Shown: positions 26,101-39,574, numbered from the stretch's first letter. The stretch is 64,000 bases of DNA from Nitrospirales bacterium (GCA_965203295.1 CBDBCZ010000017.1:1632001-1696000), one strand, 5' to 3'. Program-made: numbers and translations. Notes: generated by a model from the sequence alone, not told the origin.

Positions 26101-26909
26101 GTAACTATAACCCAGGCCATCCACACAGATTTTTGGAAGCCGTGAATTTTTTCCAAGGATGCAAAAAAAATCTATATGGAAGGCTTGGGTTCAGGGCTAC
26201 TGTAACTCTGCAGGATTCACTGTAGGTAGGGTGTAGAGTTGCTTCACAATTTGGAGATTCCAAGGGGTTTCGGAATCCCCCCCCCCCCCCAAAAAAAACA
26301 AAAAAAAAACAAAAAAAAAAAACTGCCATTGGTAAAAGATGAATAGCTACTATTATGAGGATTGAAGATGCTGCTCCAGAGATTAAAGATTAAAGCTGTG
26401 ATCACTGTCAGCCTAGCCTCGTTCCCAGCATAGATAATATATACCTTCCGGAGGTATATATTATCTATATTCCCAGTCTCTAGCTACTTCCCAGCTTTTT
26501 TTTTTTCGGAAAAAAAAACTGGGGAACAGAGACTGAGTATGTGTACATGTATATGGTGCGTAGTATGGATTGTAATTTCAGCCTTACAGCTGTATGTATC
26601 ATTTTGTGGGCTAACACATTCAGCGCGGAGGGTCAAACAGTGTCACAGCTCACCGCCTCTGTTAGATTAAAGTCTAGGTGTCCCCCCAGCCATTAGACTG
26701 TCTTTCTTGACTTCTTCGCAGTCAAGACCAAACTCTACTGGTGGCATACAACAGGAAGACTGGCCGTACCGTTATTTTCCTTGCAATACGCGGCAGACAG
26801 AACCTAAACCATTTCCCAATCCTGCTAATAGCCCTGTAAGGACGTCACACGATAATCGCTTGTATTTTCGATGTAATTGAACACGTGGAAACAGCACGAC
26901 GCTCGCTAC

Positions 26910-27500
26910 AGAATTCGGAGAAAGCAGGAGCGTAGGAAGGTTACTGCCCGACCGCTCTGGGAATGACCCAGGTAGGAAGTGGCATGGGAAGCGTTGCAAG
27001 GTTTGTATCAAGCTTGTTTCCATGCACGAGCTAATATTAGCTACCGGCGAGCCGTTTTTTTTTTTTGTTCGCTCTTGCCGGGAAAAGTCTGACTGGGATT
27101 CTGGAAACAAGGCTAAGGTTGCAGAGGTTTACAAAAAGCTTGCAACGGACTGGTAGAGTAGACAACCACTTGCCCTGCTTGGTAATGACCCTGCTAGGTT
27201 TCAACTTGTTTGCTACTGCTTGGTACAAGCTTTTTGCAAAACTGTACATACAGTATGTAAATTGCTCTACTTGATGGGAGCCTCAGTAGTTTCCAGTCCT
27301 ACCTTTTTGAGGTGGAAAAATAACTACTAAGCTTCCTCTCCTTGTTTCAGCCTCAGGATGTGATGCCCAACAGCACCCTGGTGGGAGAGTCTGCTGAGCT
27401 GTGACTACCTGGAGGGCACCCTGGACTGGATGTGCTGTGGTTAGTGTCTTTGTAGAGGGGGTCACCAGGGTGGGCCTTTTGTAACCAATGTCTCATTAGT
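26910..27500 (+). repeat. Diverged duplicate of ~42065-42740
   Basis: Shared colinear sequence including a p38 fragment. Confidence 0.8.
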
Positions 27501-27532
27501 CACATGGCCAGTCAAGTGTGCTAGTTATGAGT

Positions 27533-28345
27533 TAGCCTCGAACCCAGGCCTTACACGCCCAGATTTTATCTCGCAGCCTTGGAGAAAAATCGGGAGGTAA
27601 GGCCTGGAAGGATTGCACACGTGATACGTGCCGCCAACGTCACAGCTGTAATCTTGTAAATTCAGCAACGTCACAACGTGATGGGCGTGGTTAAACTTGA
27701 TGACGATCTGTCTCGCGCTAAAGTCCCGGGGAAACGTTGGAAGCGTTCAAAAGCTCGCTGCAGCTTTGGAAGAGGAGAAGCTCTGTGCCCAGGTTACTAT
27801 TTGAATTTGCAAGACGCCCGTCCGTTCACGTTTTGGACAACAGTTGGCGAATTTAGGACCTCCGACGCAAATTTAGGAGTGCTTGCTATGGCCCCTCACG
27901 TGGACCTTCATGTAACCGTTGTTTTAACCTGTTTTGGCAAATTTTATATTAATAAAAGTATGATGATAAAGAAAAATTACAACCATGAACACTAAAGGCT
28001 ATAACTAGCTAAGCTAGCACCAAGTAGCTACAAATATGGCTGCCTAGCTGTATCCTTTGGTACTATAAAGCACACACCAGGTAACTTTCTTGCCGCTTCT
28101 TGCCATCTCCCGGTCCCCAGCTCGCAACAAAGAGACTACACGTTGAGTAAGTCGTCGGAAAAACGAACGCATGGAAATATAAATCAATCACGCGAGCGAT
28201 CAGCGCGTAATAACTTCACATCCGTTAGACTTTGACGTCATTGGCGGCACGTGTCACGTGTGCAATCCTGCCAGGCCTTACCTCCCGATTTTTCTCCAAG
28301 GCTGCGAGATAAAATCTGGGCGTGTAAGGCCTGGGTTCGAGGCTA
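27533..28345. mobile_element. MULE-type MITE with ~105-bp TIRs and 9-bp TSD
   Basis: TIR TAGCCTCGAACCCAGGCC.../...GGCCTGGGTTCGAGGCTA; TSD GTTATGAGT at 27524-27532 and 28346-28354; empty paralogous site near 655-670. Confidence 0.85.
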
Positions 28346-28849
28346 GTTATGAGTAGTGTAACTGTTGAGTAGTCTGGGAGTTGGCAGCATTCTTTAGGCT
28401 GCATGTAATTTTACAAGCTAGCAGGAACACATTGTCTCACTTTATCAATAGACTGCTATCTTGTTGTCTTAATTAAGTTAATTAACTCTCTTTATTTTTT
28501 CTTGTATAGTTAGATTTCCCCATAGGCATTGTAGCTGCAAAAGTTACTGACCAATCACATTACCAAGCTTATGAACCTTGCTATATATGTACATGATTCC
28601 ATGTAGCAATAGGGAGTTTTTGGACAGCCTATGAGCCTGCTAGTAACCAACACACATTGTCCCATTGCTAGTTAATCATGGAGTCAGCAGCCATTGTCTC
28701 CTTCTGTTATGTAGAGACTCCATGGCTAAACTGGCAGGTGTTTGCCTAGCCTCATTTACAATATAATGACCCTTGCTGTGCAGCTATATAGTGACATTGT
28801 AATTATCAGTTTGTGAATTGACTAGTTTCCTATTATGAGTAGCTGCTAG

Positions 28850-28952
28850 ATCCACAAGTTTTTGCCAGTGGCTATATTTAAGGAGCAAGCTGCAGTATTG
28901 GTTGGTGCAGGGAGAAGATGCTGCACACAATTTTTGGAGAGCTAAAAGGCTC
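28850..28952 (+). ncRNA. Putative Sm-class small RNA gene cassette #9 (subfamily C)
   Basis: ATCCACAAGT 28850; TATATTTAAGGAG 28873; internal stem GTGCAG/CTGCAC; AATTTTTGG 28929-28937; GAGCT-AAAA-GGCTC (U.G wobble where #1 has C-G). Confidence 0.55.
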
Positions 28953-30284
28953 AACTTAGTCCCTCACTATCACAGAGTAGTTGTATAGGGATGGTAATCT
29001 GTAAAGTATTGTGGTATTGTTCCACCTGTTGAGATTGCATCCCTACATGTTCTTTCCAATGCTATTCCTTTGACTGGTTCATTGGGTGAAAGAAAAGCTG
29101 GATGGCGGTGTGGATGGTAGCATTTGGTGATTGTAAGTTTTGTTGCGTGGGCGTATAATTCTACCCTACATCATGGCACGTGATAAGTGGTACTAGGTTT
29201 CCCCCTTGCTTTTTCTCCACAGTTACAAGATAAAAGCTGGGATGTGAAGGCTGGGAACGGGGGTAATTGGCGTATGCATTTGTATGGCAGGCCAGGTGTC
29301 TGCATTTATTGAGCTGACATTCAAAAAAGCGTCTGGGCCACTGTATCTGGTCACTCAGGCTCTACTTGAAGTTTTGAGAGTGAGCAGTGATCACATTCCC
29401 TCCATCTTGATGATTTTCAGGTTGGGGTTAATTCTCAGAAGCCACATAAGTGTCAGAAGGCCTATTCATTTTGGGTCCTGGCACATTTTTCAATGTGTAG
29501 GGAAGCCCTGTACAGCTGCCGAGGGAACCACAGAGTGGGTGCAACCAATCTTGCATAGGTAGTTTCCTCCCCCCCCCCCCCATCACTCATACGTATATAG
29601 CGAGAGCAGCTACCCGTTCGTTGTCGGACCTGCTGCTGTGTCGGTCTCTGTGTCAGAATACGCCTGTAGTAGTATCGAGCGTTCCGATGATCTATTCATG
29701 AACAACAGACTGTAGCTTGGTGTTGATTGCACAATTATTGATTCTAGTAAGGAACGTCCCTATGGACACAGCATTTCTGTACCACGTAAAAAATCTGTGA
29801 CGTCAAATAAACATGACTGCTAAGTAAGAGCTAGGCTGCGGTCCTGGCATGCCTGTGTTGTTTTGCAGTGGTTTGTAGACCCTTCTGAATTACTGCTTTC
29901 ACATGGCCCCTGTCAGCAGCACTATACTGCCATTTACAAATTCTCAGTGCTCCATACCATTCTCATGGAGATTGCACAACACAAAATGCTTTGGCTACTA
30001 CAACAATGTGTTACATGTTCCATGCCTAGCTGCAGGATTATGAACAGGCAAGTAGCCGAGCAAGCAAAGTGAGCAAGTTCAACAGGTATAAGTAGTTGAG
30101 CTTGGGAACTACTTGTAACTAACTGTTAAGGTAATGAATCTCATGGGGCCATCATTATAATGTACTCTCTTGTGACCCAGTGTATCTGGGCACTCAGGCT
30201 CCACCTATTGTCCTTAGAGTGCATGAACTGTGATCATTAACAGTAATTACATTCTGGGTGAATGAATATCATTACTTGTACCAA

Positions 30285-30410
30285 ACCCACAAGTGACTTT
30301 CTCACAGTGGGGCTATAAAAGCAGCTCAAAGGGAGTACAGTCTTAAGGTACATTAGTTACAGTTGTTTAAAAAATTAATTTTTGGGAGCCCATATTGGTA
30401 TATGTGGGCT
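30285..30410 (+). ncRNA. Putative Sm-class small RNA gene cassette #10 (subfamily B)
   Basis: GTAATTACATTCTGGGTGAAT upstream; ACCCACAAGT 30285; TATAAAA 30314; AATTTTTGG 30377-30385; hairpin AGCCCATAT...ATGTGGGCT. Confidence 0.6.
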
Positions 30411-30687
30411 AATATTTTTTTGTGATATTGGTCTGTGAGGGACAAGACTCTCTCCATTCTGTGTGCTAAGCCACTTGCATAGCCACCTTCCCAGTCACCA
30501 CTGCCCAACATACAAAAACAGTGGGAGTGAAGACTGGGGAACGAGGTTGAAATAATAATATTCTTATGTTGCTGCTGTAGCGCTTACGCCATTGACCACG
30601 CACCCACTTACGGAGCTTGAAAGATCTCCAGTCAGAGGACAAGAGCAAAAGCAACCAGATGTCTCACCATTACTATCCTAATCGCCG

Positions 30688-31449
30688 TCAATACTTTAAC
30701 GTTAGTTCTGTGTTTGCGTGTGTGCGTAACGGACGTGACGTGACGTGACGTGAACTAATGACCCTCGAATACGCGAGACGACCGTGACGTCATCATATGT
30801 GTACATAGCTAATTAGTACTTTGACCGCTGCATGCGTTGGGACGACTTCGACCGCTGCGTGCGTTGGGATGCTCTGACAGCCGTCGGTATTATCATGATG
30901 GCCTCAAATGAGCACTTCGAGCGCGCTCTATTGCGAAGGTTAGTGGCTGTACAGTCCTGTAAGTGCAAACCATGCACAGCTGTAACTGCTACGCTAGACA
31001 AACTACGACGATGTGCATTAAATGGAGTCAGTTCCATTCGCCTACATGTGCTGATGTCGGTATGGTTTTGTAATTATTTGCAGTCTCTCATTTGAGTTAC
31101 TGCCTCCACACGGCTCAGGCAGAAAACTACTGTCAAAGTCTCGATCAGGCTACTGCCACTGGCAGATGCTCCACATTCCATATGATAGCTATACTACATG
31201 GACATTACATAATACATGCTTTGGCCGAAATGTAGTGTGCACACGTACTATATACTTACCCCCCACTGTGACGAGTCAATTTTCAACACTGACATGTGGC
31301 TTAGTCAAAAGCACTGCTTCATTGGCAGATGCTACGTATACTGTTACATGCAAATCACATAGAGGTCACACTTTTCATTTCTGTACAAAGTGAGTGAGTT
31401 GAACACGCACAAGTACTTGCGCGAGCGAAGCGAGCGCACGTACTTGTAT
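30688..31449 (-). mobile_element. ~770-bp Helentron/HINE-like interspersed element (inverted copy of 48099-48870)
   Basis: Reverse-complement match to 48099-48870; terminal palindrome AAGTACTTGCGCGAGCGAAGCGAGCGCACGTACTT; microsatellite near the other end. Confidence 0.7.
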
Positions 31450-33845
31450 AATTTATTCTTCCTAGTATCCCAGATTAATGAAATAAAACTCTTAGCTAGC
31501 CTTAATAAAGCCTTAAAGTCATATTTTTCCCAATTCTCACACCCTAAAACAAAGCCCGTCCTTTCAAAATTATTGAGTGCACTAAACTCTTCAAAACTTC
31601 CACCCAACAGTTTGTCTTAAGTCTTCCATGAAAGTACTTCTAATAGTATCATACGTAGGACACTCCCAGAGCACATGTACTACACTCTCACATTCATCCC
31701 CACGTAACTTACACTGCCTATCATCATTTTTACCCCGATGTCTTCCTAAATCTTCATTCAGACCATAATAGTACCAGACCTAAACTTAAACAACAATCGT
31801 GTTCCTGGATCCCCAACCCCCTGCAAGTAATTTTTAATTTCTATTTCCTTACAAAAAGACTTGTAAAGACTAAGTTTAACTTTACTATTTAAGCCATCAT
31901 TAAAATCTTTATATTCTCTGCATCTCAATGCTTCATCTACTCTCTCTAAAAACAAGTTCACATTATAGTCTTCATCTAGTATTTCCTGACTGTCTAGATT
32001 TAACTGCAGCAACAATTCACCATTGACTTTCCTCCAGGTCTTCCTCTGCCTACCCCTACACGGCTTCACTTCCCACTCACTGTCTAGTAGTAGTCTAGGA
32101 TATCTCTCAGCATTCAAATCATTGACTTTATACCACCACTTAAGTTTGCATCTATCCCTCCTGCCTTTCAAAGATTCTAACCCCGTATCCCCCCTTACTG
32201 CTTCATTACACGTTTTAGAAGAGCAGCCAAGCATCTTTTTAGCTGCTCCTAGCTGAATAGATTCCAAGGAAGCTGTCTGCCTTTTATTACAAGCCAAAAC
32301 TTCACTACCATATTCTAAAGTAGGGCGAAGTACCGAACTAACAATAACTAGGTGAATGCAAGCATTGTGGGGCGAGCGTGAGCGAGGTATTAGCCCATGC
32401 GTACATTAGCGGCGACGCACCCTCAACAGCTCTTTTGGCTCCTTCTCTCGTCTCAGTGTCACTTGTCGGTGGCCCCCCGAGAAATGACAGCTCTTCTGGC
32501 TCTAGAACTCGCTCTCTGCTGTTCCAATGTGACTTATCGCCAACCTGGGGATATATACGGCAACGCTGTAGCCTCTGCCGCTGCAGTCTACGCTGTGAGA
32601 GCATCCCTAAGCTAGCTGCACTGCAGCCACCGTGCGTGGTCATGTGAACAATTTGGAATATTAATACGGACTATTTGAAACGTTATATTGAAGCGCGAAA
32701 CGTAATGCGGTATGTGCGTACGTACGTACACCTTACGCACAGACAAATTCTCAATTCAACACACTAGTGTGGGGCTCACTCACGCTCGCCCAATTATCCT
32801 TCTTGCAACTGTACTGATATTCCTATTACTTAAAAACCTATGTAATTGATTCAGTTTTTTCTTTCCATTATTTATTACTTTCTGTACATGACTATCCCAG
32901 GAACCATTCTTAGCAAATTCAATCCCCAAGTAACAGTAACTTACAGCCTCTGGAATGTCTTTATCTCCCCACTTCCATGTACATTCACCTGTATTAACCT
33001 GTTTAGAAAATACCATAACAGCACTCTTTTTTATGTTAGATTTCAACCTCCATTTATTACAAAACCCCTGCACTATATTAATCAAGGTTTATAAGTCCTC
33101 AGCATTAGTAGTTACGCCTACAAAATCATCAGCAAACATCAGACCCCCAACCTTAGCATCCTTCTTAACAGTAATGCCAATCCCAGCCTTCTCAACCTCA
33201 TCTAACAACTGAATGGAAAAGAGGATGGGCGACATACTACAACCCTGTGCCACCCCCTGACCTATATTGAATGGCTCAGATATTTCTCCCTCCAGTAAAA
33301 CAGCACTCTGTGTGATGTCATACATATTCCTAATAACTCTCCACATCCTACCCCTAACCCCAAGTTCCCATAACCTAAACCATAGACCATCATGCCAAAC
33401 TGTGTCAAATGCTTTCTGAACATCTAAGGAAAAAGTGGAAGTGTTCTTTCCTTCCCTCATTCTACCTTGTACAATTACATTTAGAGTAAAGATGTTATCA
33501 ACACAACTCCTTTTCTCTCTAAATCCTGCCTGACCCTCTTGAAGAGCCTCTAATCTGCTTACTAAGCGATTATTTAGAATCTTGCAAAACAGCTTTCCTA
33601 CCAATGTTCAATCGTGTAATGCCTCTGTAATTACCCGGGTCCTCAGCATCACCTTTCTTATACAAGCTAAAAATTAACCCTTGTCTCCATTGTTTAGGAA
33701 TACTCTGTCCAAACTACCCCATACAAGACTTTCAACAGATTAGCCATCCCTTTGCCACCGTACTTAAAAAGTTCCCCAACTAGCCCATCATTACCTCCTG
33801 TTTTATTATTCTTTAGGCTTTTAGAACACTTTTTAACTACGAGGC
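31450..33845 (-). mobile_element. Decayed, 5'-truncated non-LTR retrotransposon (LINE) ORF2: RT plus C-terminal region
   Basis: QAGFR..CVDNIF, DVQKAFDTV, GVAQG..SPILF, MFADD, YLG; C-terminal RLLFKFRSG..HVLWEC; multiple frameshifts/stops; interrupted at ~32347-32794. Confidence 0.9.
32347..32794. mobile_element. Non-autonomous element (Helentron/HINE-like) nested in the LINE
   Basis: LINE reading frame resumes on both sides; subterminal inverted repeats GGGCGAGCGTGAGCGAG / CTCACTCACGCTCGCCC. Confidence 0.55.
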
Positions 33846-33874
33846 TGAAAAAAAGGTAGTGGATAAGTAAATTG

Positions 33875-35612
33875 TTCAACACAAGCCTGGACTTTGAAAG
33901 TTTGCTCCACGGCTCATAAAGGATGCTAGGCTCTGACTTATGTAGCTACTGTTACAGGTAAGAATTGGAGGGTGCCATGTCGGCTGAATGAAACTGCTGT
34001 AGACCCCTAGTACTGGCATACTATGTCCCCAGGCCTCCCTCCAGCTTCATCACTTCCACTGGCAAAGGCTGGGGATCACTGCCTTGGAAGACACAAAAGC
34101 TGGCAGAAGGCCTGGGAACGAGGCTAGAAGCATGGTTTGCCAGTTTTTGTGCCCTGTAACAAAAAATGAATTAGGTGATTTTTAAATGTCTAATTTGCCA
34201 GCTACAAGGACAGACGAACCAACTGTAACAACTAGGAATTCACAGTAGAATGCACACCAGAGCTACAGCCCCCATATATAGGAGCCTGCAGGATGACATA
34301 TGTAATGTAGTAGCCTCGTTCCCAGTCCTTCCCACCCCAGCTTTAATCTCGCAGCCGTGGAGAAGGAAGGTCTGGTACCACTTATCACGTACCGTGATGT
34401 AGGATAGACACATTCCCATGCAATGGCACTTACATGCTTCACTTCACTCACACATGAGCAGCACAGGAGAATAAGAAAATAGAGGGAGGGTCTAGCAGAG
34501 CTTGTACAAAATTGTACTAAAGTCTCAAAGGATGCTAAATCTCGTTGATCACATTTGCATTGGCTAGATTACTACCCGATGTGGTTTGAAGTAGACCGAT
34601 ATAAGTGGCCTCTAGCCACACACCCACATATGGTGTAACTGCCTTACATTCCTCAACTCATACTCAAGGCCTTCTTTTTCCGTGGCTACAGTATGAGGTG
34701 AAAGGCCTCAGTATGAGGTTCGCCTTAATACCGTTCATTGAGGATTCCCAGAGGAGGTTGGAAGTGATTACGTGTACATGTACGTTAATAAATGTATAAT
34801 GTCGTGTATAGTTAATAGCATTCCATTGAGAAGAATATGGAAGATACGCAAAGGTATGCGTTGTCTGGCCTGGAACGTTCTGTAGCTCTACAACCTTTGA
34901 GGGGACGAGTGGGGATGCCCCTTCAAAAAGCTTGGCTTCCAAATACGTATGGAACTGTGCTGCTGAAGATTGGGCTTGAATGCAGAGGATTCTCAGTGAG
35001 CTTGCAAAAAATTTGGAAAGCTACGAATACGATAGTGGTTTAGCTACCACTCAGATTCTAATTATTACTTTGAAAGCTTCTAAACTTGTACGAGATCAGA
35101 GATCACTCCTAGAGCAGCTATTATTGCTCCAATCTGCCCGAGACGTTTTATTGACATCATCAGAAAGCATAGCTAATTGGATTCCACTATTAGTGTACAT
35201 GACCGCTTCCAACCTCCTCTGGAGACATTAACTGGTGTAAGATCATGCTTACATGTGAATCTCTACAGTTTATGCTGACCAAAACCGAAACCGGAACTAA
35301 TAGTATTTGCACTAGAGCTGCAGTCTCACTGTATATACAGTGGCCATAATTATGGCGGTACTGCAGGTAATATTATTCATACACTTTAATTGCTAATGTT
35401 GTGCGTTTAGAAACCCACAAGTGTTTCAAGCAAGTGCTGCCTATATAAGGAGTGAACCAGCTGTTTGCCTTGTCCTTCGCGTCTAATAGGTATTGTGCAC
35501 AAGTTTTGGGGCCTGTGATAGGCCTATGTATATGTAGTCTCATGCCCAGCCTCACATTAGAAAGTGGGTCTGGCTCCCCTCGCATATTCAAAGTTGGGCA
35601 GCATTACGTCAG
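33875..35612 (+). repeat. Segmental duplicate of ~62210-63920 (contains cassette #11/#23)
   Basis: Colinear near-identical sequence. Confidence 0.9.
35413..35525 (+). ncRNA. Cassette #11 (subfamily A), Sm-site variant AAGTTTTGG
   Basis: ACCCACAAGT 35413; TATATAAGGAG 35442; AAGTTTTGG 35501-35509; GGCCTG-TGA-TAGGCC. Confidence 0.5.
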
Positions 35613-36559
35613 CAGTCCCAGATCTGGACCGGCAATGTGATTGGTTGATTATAGTATTACATCACTAAATGGTATGGATATCTGGATACTACAGCTGTTT
35701 AGTGATGTAATACTACAATCAACCAATCGGTCCATACATAGTATAGTTATCGAGATAGAGAGAGAAAGAGCTATTTGTCTCAATTTCTTCTAAATAATTA
35801 TAATGTTGAAGCTTTTAGTGTACGAAATCAGGCAAAACAGCTCTATCTCAGGAAGGACACAACGTATAAACATCAGACTTGCACCATTGTGTTGCTAAGT
35901 GTCTGTACATTCTCAACGATATCCAAATCCTAGCGTTTGGAGAGTGTTTTGGCGTCCTTGCACCGAAAAAGACAAAATCTACTGTCCGATTATAGAGAGG
36001 GTGACACGGCTCTACATTCAATAGCACCCCTTCCTGCTCAAAGCAGCTACAATGCCGAAAAGGTGGCGTGCAGCAGTATGGTAGTGGGGCTTCCCAATAA
36101 TGGAGAAAGATCACCAAAAGTTGCTTCAGGGAGGAAACACGGAACGGTGTCCGACAGTACATACTTTTGTCTGATCATAGCTGTGTCCGAATTTTAACTT
36201 TAGAAGGCTATAGCTCCAGAACCAAGCAACGGAGGAAGACCAAACTTTCAACTCAAAGTCCAAAGGGTCTGTACTATCGATCAAAGGCCACGCCCACTTC
36301 CGGTAATTTACGCACTCGGCGCTAGCGCATCCGAATATACCTGGTGGCCGATCATCAATGGCTTATTCTATGTATTATTTGGGCTAACGTTTTGTAATGT
36401 ATTCCCGGCCTCCCTCCAGCTACATCACTTCTACTAGCAAAGCCTGTGGCTCATTTTCAGTCCTTGGAAGCCACATAAGTGGTGGGAACGAGGCTAGAAG
36501 CAATGCTCGTCACTTTATTCATTTCTTTGCACATCATTCTATTTTTGCTGTTTAGATTC

Positions 36560-36795
36560 CCATTCACTCTGTGTGTGTAGACCACATACCCATTCCCACA
36601 GTGTAGTTCCACCAATGTTGGACTGAGTAGCAAGTTTGCCTTCTCCATACTATAGTCACATGTGGCATAATCGCCCATCTCTCTCTAGACCGCGCTCTCA
36701 TTCCCGCTCTGTGTGTAGACCACATACCCATTTCCAATGTGTGTGTAGACACATGCCCATTCCCACTGTTTTTGTAGTCTAAGACCACATACTCA
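36560..36795 (+). repeat. Degenerate ~30-bp repeat GTGTGTAGACCACATACCCATTCCCACT (related copies 56812-57092)
   Basis: Four to five imperfect units visible. Confidence 0.65.
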
Positions 36796-37334
36796 ATCCT
36801 TATACTCGCTCCCAGGCCCCCGTTTTATTCAACTGCATGATGGCAAAGGGGAGAGCCTGTCATGTTTAGATCATTATGTGTCAGTAGGGTCCAATTTGAA
36901 AGACGGCTGCGTTTATTTTGTTTCTGCGATAGGTCTGTGGCACAAACAGGCTGTGAAGATCGCTACAAGAAGTGTAGATTGCTACCTTCGTCTGAGAATT
37001 GCAAATGTGCTCGCCCACGCTCTATTACTACCTTTCTACTTTTGACACACACACACACACAGGGGCCCTGGAGAATTGTTATGCCCTGCAGGTGAAGGCT
37101 ACCAATAACAAGTCTTAGCTGGACAATGCCTATTTCCTCCAGACTTTCCTGGCTGGCTCAAAGGACTTGGTATGCAGGATACATAATCCCCATAGCTGCA
37201 GTGGCTCATAACGTATGAATCCTAGCATGGCACATTTGACTGCTTTGTAGTTATTGCCTATTCCACAACTATTTGGGGGTTAGAAGAGGTTTTCAAAATT
37301 ATGGCTATGAAACATTCAATGACTCAGTACTCAT

Positions 37335-37825
37335 CCGTAAACTCTGGTTGTTAGGCGCACCTCGCTATTAAGCGCATAACATTTATTAAGCGCATGCTTC
37401 CTTCTGGTCGTGGGTATCATTTGTTTAGCGCATGCTAAGAAATGCCAAAACACTCTTGAGAACTCTCTATGCACATGCCCGACTACGCTTTCGTCTACGT
37501 ACTTTTAGCAAAGCAACCGTACGTCTGCCAGTGAATTTCACCTAGTCATAGAGTCCATATTTCCTTGAAGACATGATGGCCATGGATTACACTTTCTTGG
37601 AGGAGGATGAAGTCTTAGAATACTTCGCTAATACTCACTATCTCACTACTCTCAACTTTTTAAAGATGACTACAGAAATAGCTGTCTCTGCACGCATCTT
37701 GCATTGTCACGTGTTGGGCGTGGCTGCAAAAATTGCACCCCTATTAGCGCACGTCCTCTATTAGGCGCACGGTTGCTTACCACCTAGAATCATAAGCGCA
37801 TGCGCTTATTAACCAGAGTTTACGG
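37335..37825. mobile_element. Tc1/pogo-type MITE
   Basis: TIRs CCGTAAACTCTGGTT / AACCAGAGTTTACGG|TA with repeated subterminal AAGCGCA motifs. Confidence 0.7.
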
Positions 37826-37911
37826 TACACCACATTTTTGGTTGCTTGTGTGACCTAATTGATCTGCATGTATGTAGTTTTACTTGAGAGAGTGAAATAC
37901 GTGCATTGCAG

Positions 37912-38082
37912 GATCACAAAGATTCTACACAGATGTGATTTCCACACTACGTAGCTTGCCTGGGCGTCTGAGACCTGCACTGTGCTGGAGTCAGATGAGC
38001 TGGCCAGGGATATCCCAGGGGCTGGGGAAACGATGGACAGACACCAGGAACTCAAGGCTGACATTGACACCAGGGTGGAGAA
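37912..38082 (+). pseudogene. Orphan spectrin-repeat exon, frameshifted
   Basis: QRFYTDV / AWASETCTVLESDELARDIPGAGETMDRHQELKADIDTRVE resembles the alpha-spectrin repeat motif SDELAKDVTGAEALLERHQE..EIDAR; TGCAG acceptor and GTGAGT donor; frameshift between the two parts. Confidence 0.7.
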
Positions 38083-38807
38083 GTGAGTCAGGATGCATTT
38101 TTAATACTAAGCAATACAGCATTGCATCTGGATAGTACTAGGCATAACTTTATGTAGAGTATCGCATGTGTGTTGTATGCACATTTACAATCCAAATGAG
38201 TGAATAATTGGGAGTGTGCGAATTATTCAAATACGCGAATTATTAGAGGATATAAATTATTAGAGGACCGAATAATTTACCCATTTTAAACAATCCTTAG
38301 TTCCTAATTCTAGAAGCTCACAGTAAACCCCCTTCAACCCCTTCTAGTTGTCTGTGAGGCAGGGAGCGCTGTGTTGATATATGTAGTGCATGCAGCAGTG
38401 TAGGACATATAATGTCAGTTCTGAAGTGCTTAGCTACATCATTGCATGTGAATATGGCTGGTGGGATTGTGATGTGACTAGCTGCAATCATCAGTGTGCT
38501 GATGAACATGCCAATTGTCGCAGTGGTGTGCTGAAGGGAGGGTTGATCAAAACTAGTTAAAGTTGCTGCTAATTCCAGTGTGGGGGTCAGGTGCCTTTGC
38601 TGAAAATTGCTTTTCTCAGACCTGCGTATGCAAGGCGTATGCTAGTAGTGGGTCACTCACTCCTGTACTAAAGTGGTGGATGAGAGAGAGGGGCAGTAGG
38701 TACCCCAGAGGAGCGGGAGGCGTGGCACCCAATGGGAGAGGGACTGTCAGCGAAAGAGAAGGGCAGTATACAATGGTATTCATACATCGTAATTAGGATG
38801 TTCAAAA

Positions 38808-38880
38808 ACCCACAAGTGTTTTGTGCAGGGCTTCCTTTATAAAGAAGGGTGCTGCATCTCAGCATACAATTTGGCAGCCT
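38808..38880 (+). pseudogene. Degenerate cassette #12 (subfamily A)
   Basis: ACCCACAAGT 38808; TTTATAAAG 38836; shortened body and truncated AATTTGG 38868. Confidence 0.4.
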
Positions 38881-39574
38881 AGTGCACCCCAATGAGAAAG
38901 CTTTGTTGTCTCCCAGGATTACATAAACCATGTCCAGGAGGTGTATATTTATAGTACCTGCTGTGGAGGCGGTTTTGGGGAATATGTCGCAATGGCAGCT
39001 TTCCACCCCTCCCCTCTCAGGACCTAAACCCAGGAGTAACTCATCGACTTCTGCCTGGCAGGACCATTGGCTGGGATCATGACTGGCTTCTACTGAAGAG
39101 CACCTGAGATCATGCTGATCTGGACAAGCAGTGATCAGAAAGGTTAGGGAACCCTTAGTCTAGCTCACTATACCTTTCCTCCCTGAAAAGTCAAGGAAAG
39201 GAAAAGGAAAGAGAGGGAGGGTCTAGCAGAACTGGTACGAAATTAGTTTTGAACTGACCAATGAGCTCACATGGTCAAGGATCCTGCTAGCTGACCGGTC
39301 GTGGTTTTGTACGTCAGTCAGTTTACTTTCAGACACAGTATGTAGTGAAAGGCCTCGGTATGAGGTTCACCTTTATACTGTGCATAGAGCACTCCATACA
39401 GCTACAGGCTACGTTAACATATGTAAGGGCTGTACAATTGGATGCTTGCATGTGAGTCTCTGTGAGATCTAGATGCTTTATGACCAAAACAGGAACTGCA
39501 GCCTCCCTGTACAATGGCAGTGGTGCAATGTAGTGGTATTCACCACCTTAATTGCTAATATCCAAACTTTACAA

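Noticed and set aside
29441..29480. GCCACATAAGTG...ATTTTGGG as a subfamily-B cassette
   Set aside because: Spacing and TATA absent; at best a heavily deleted relic, so not counted
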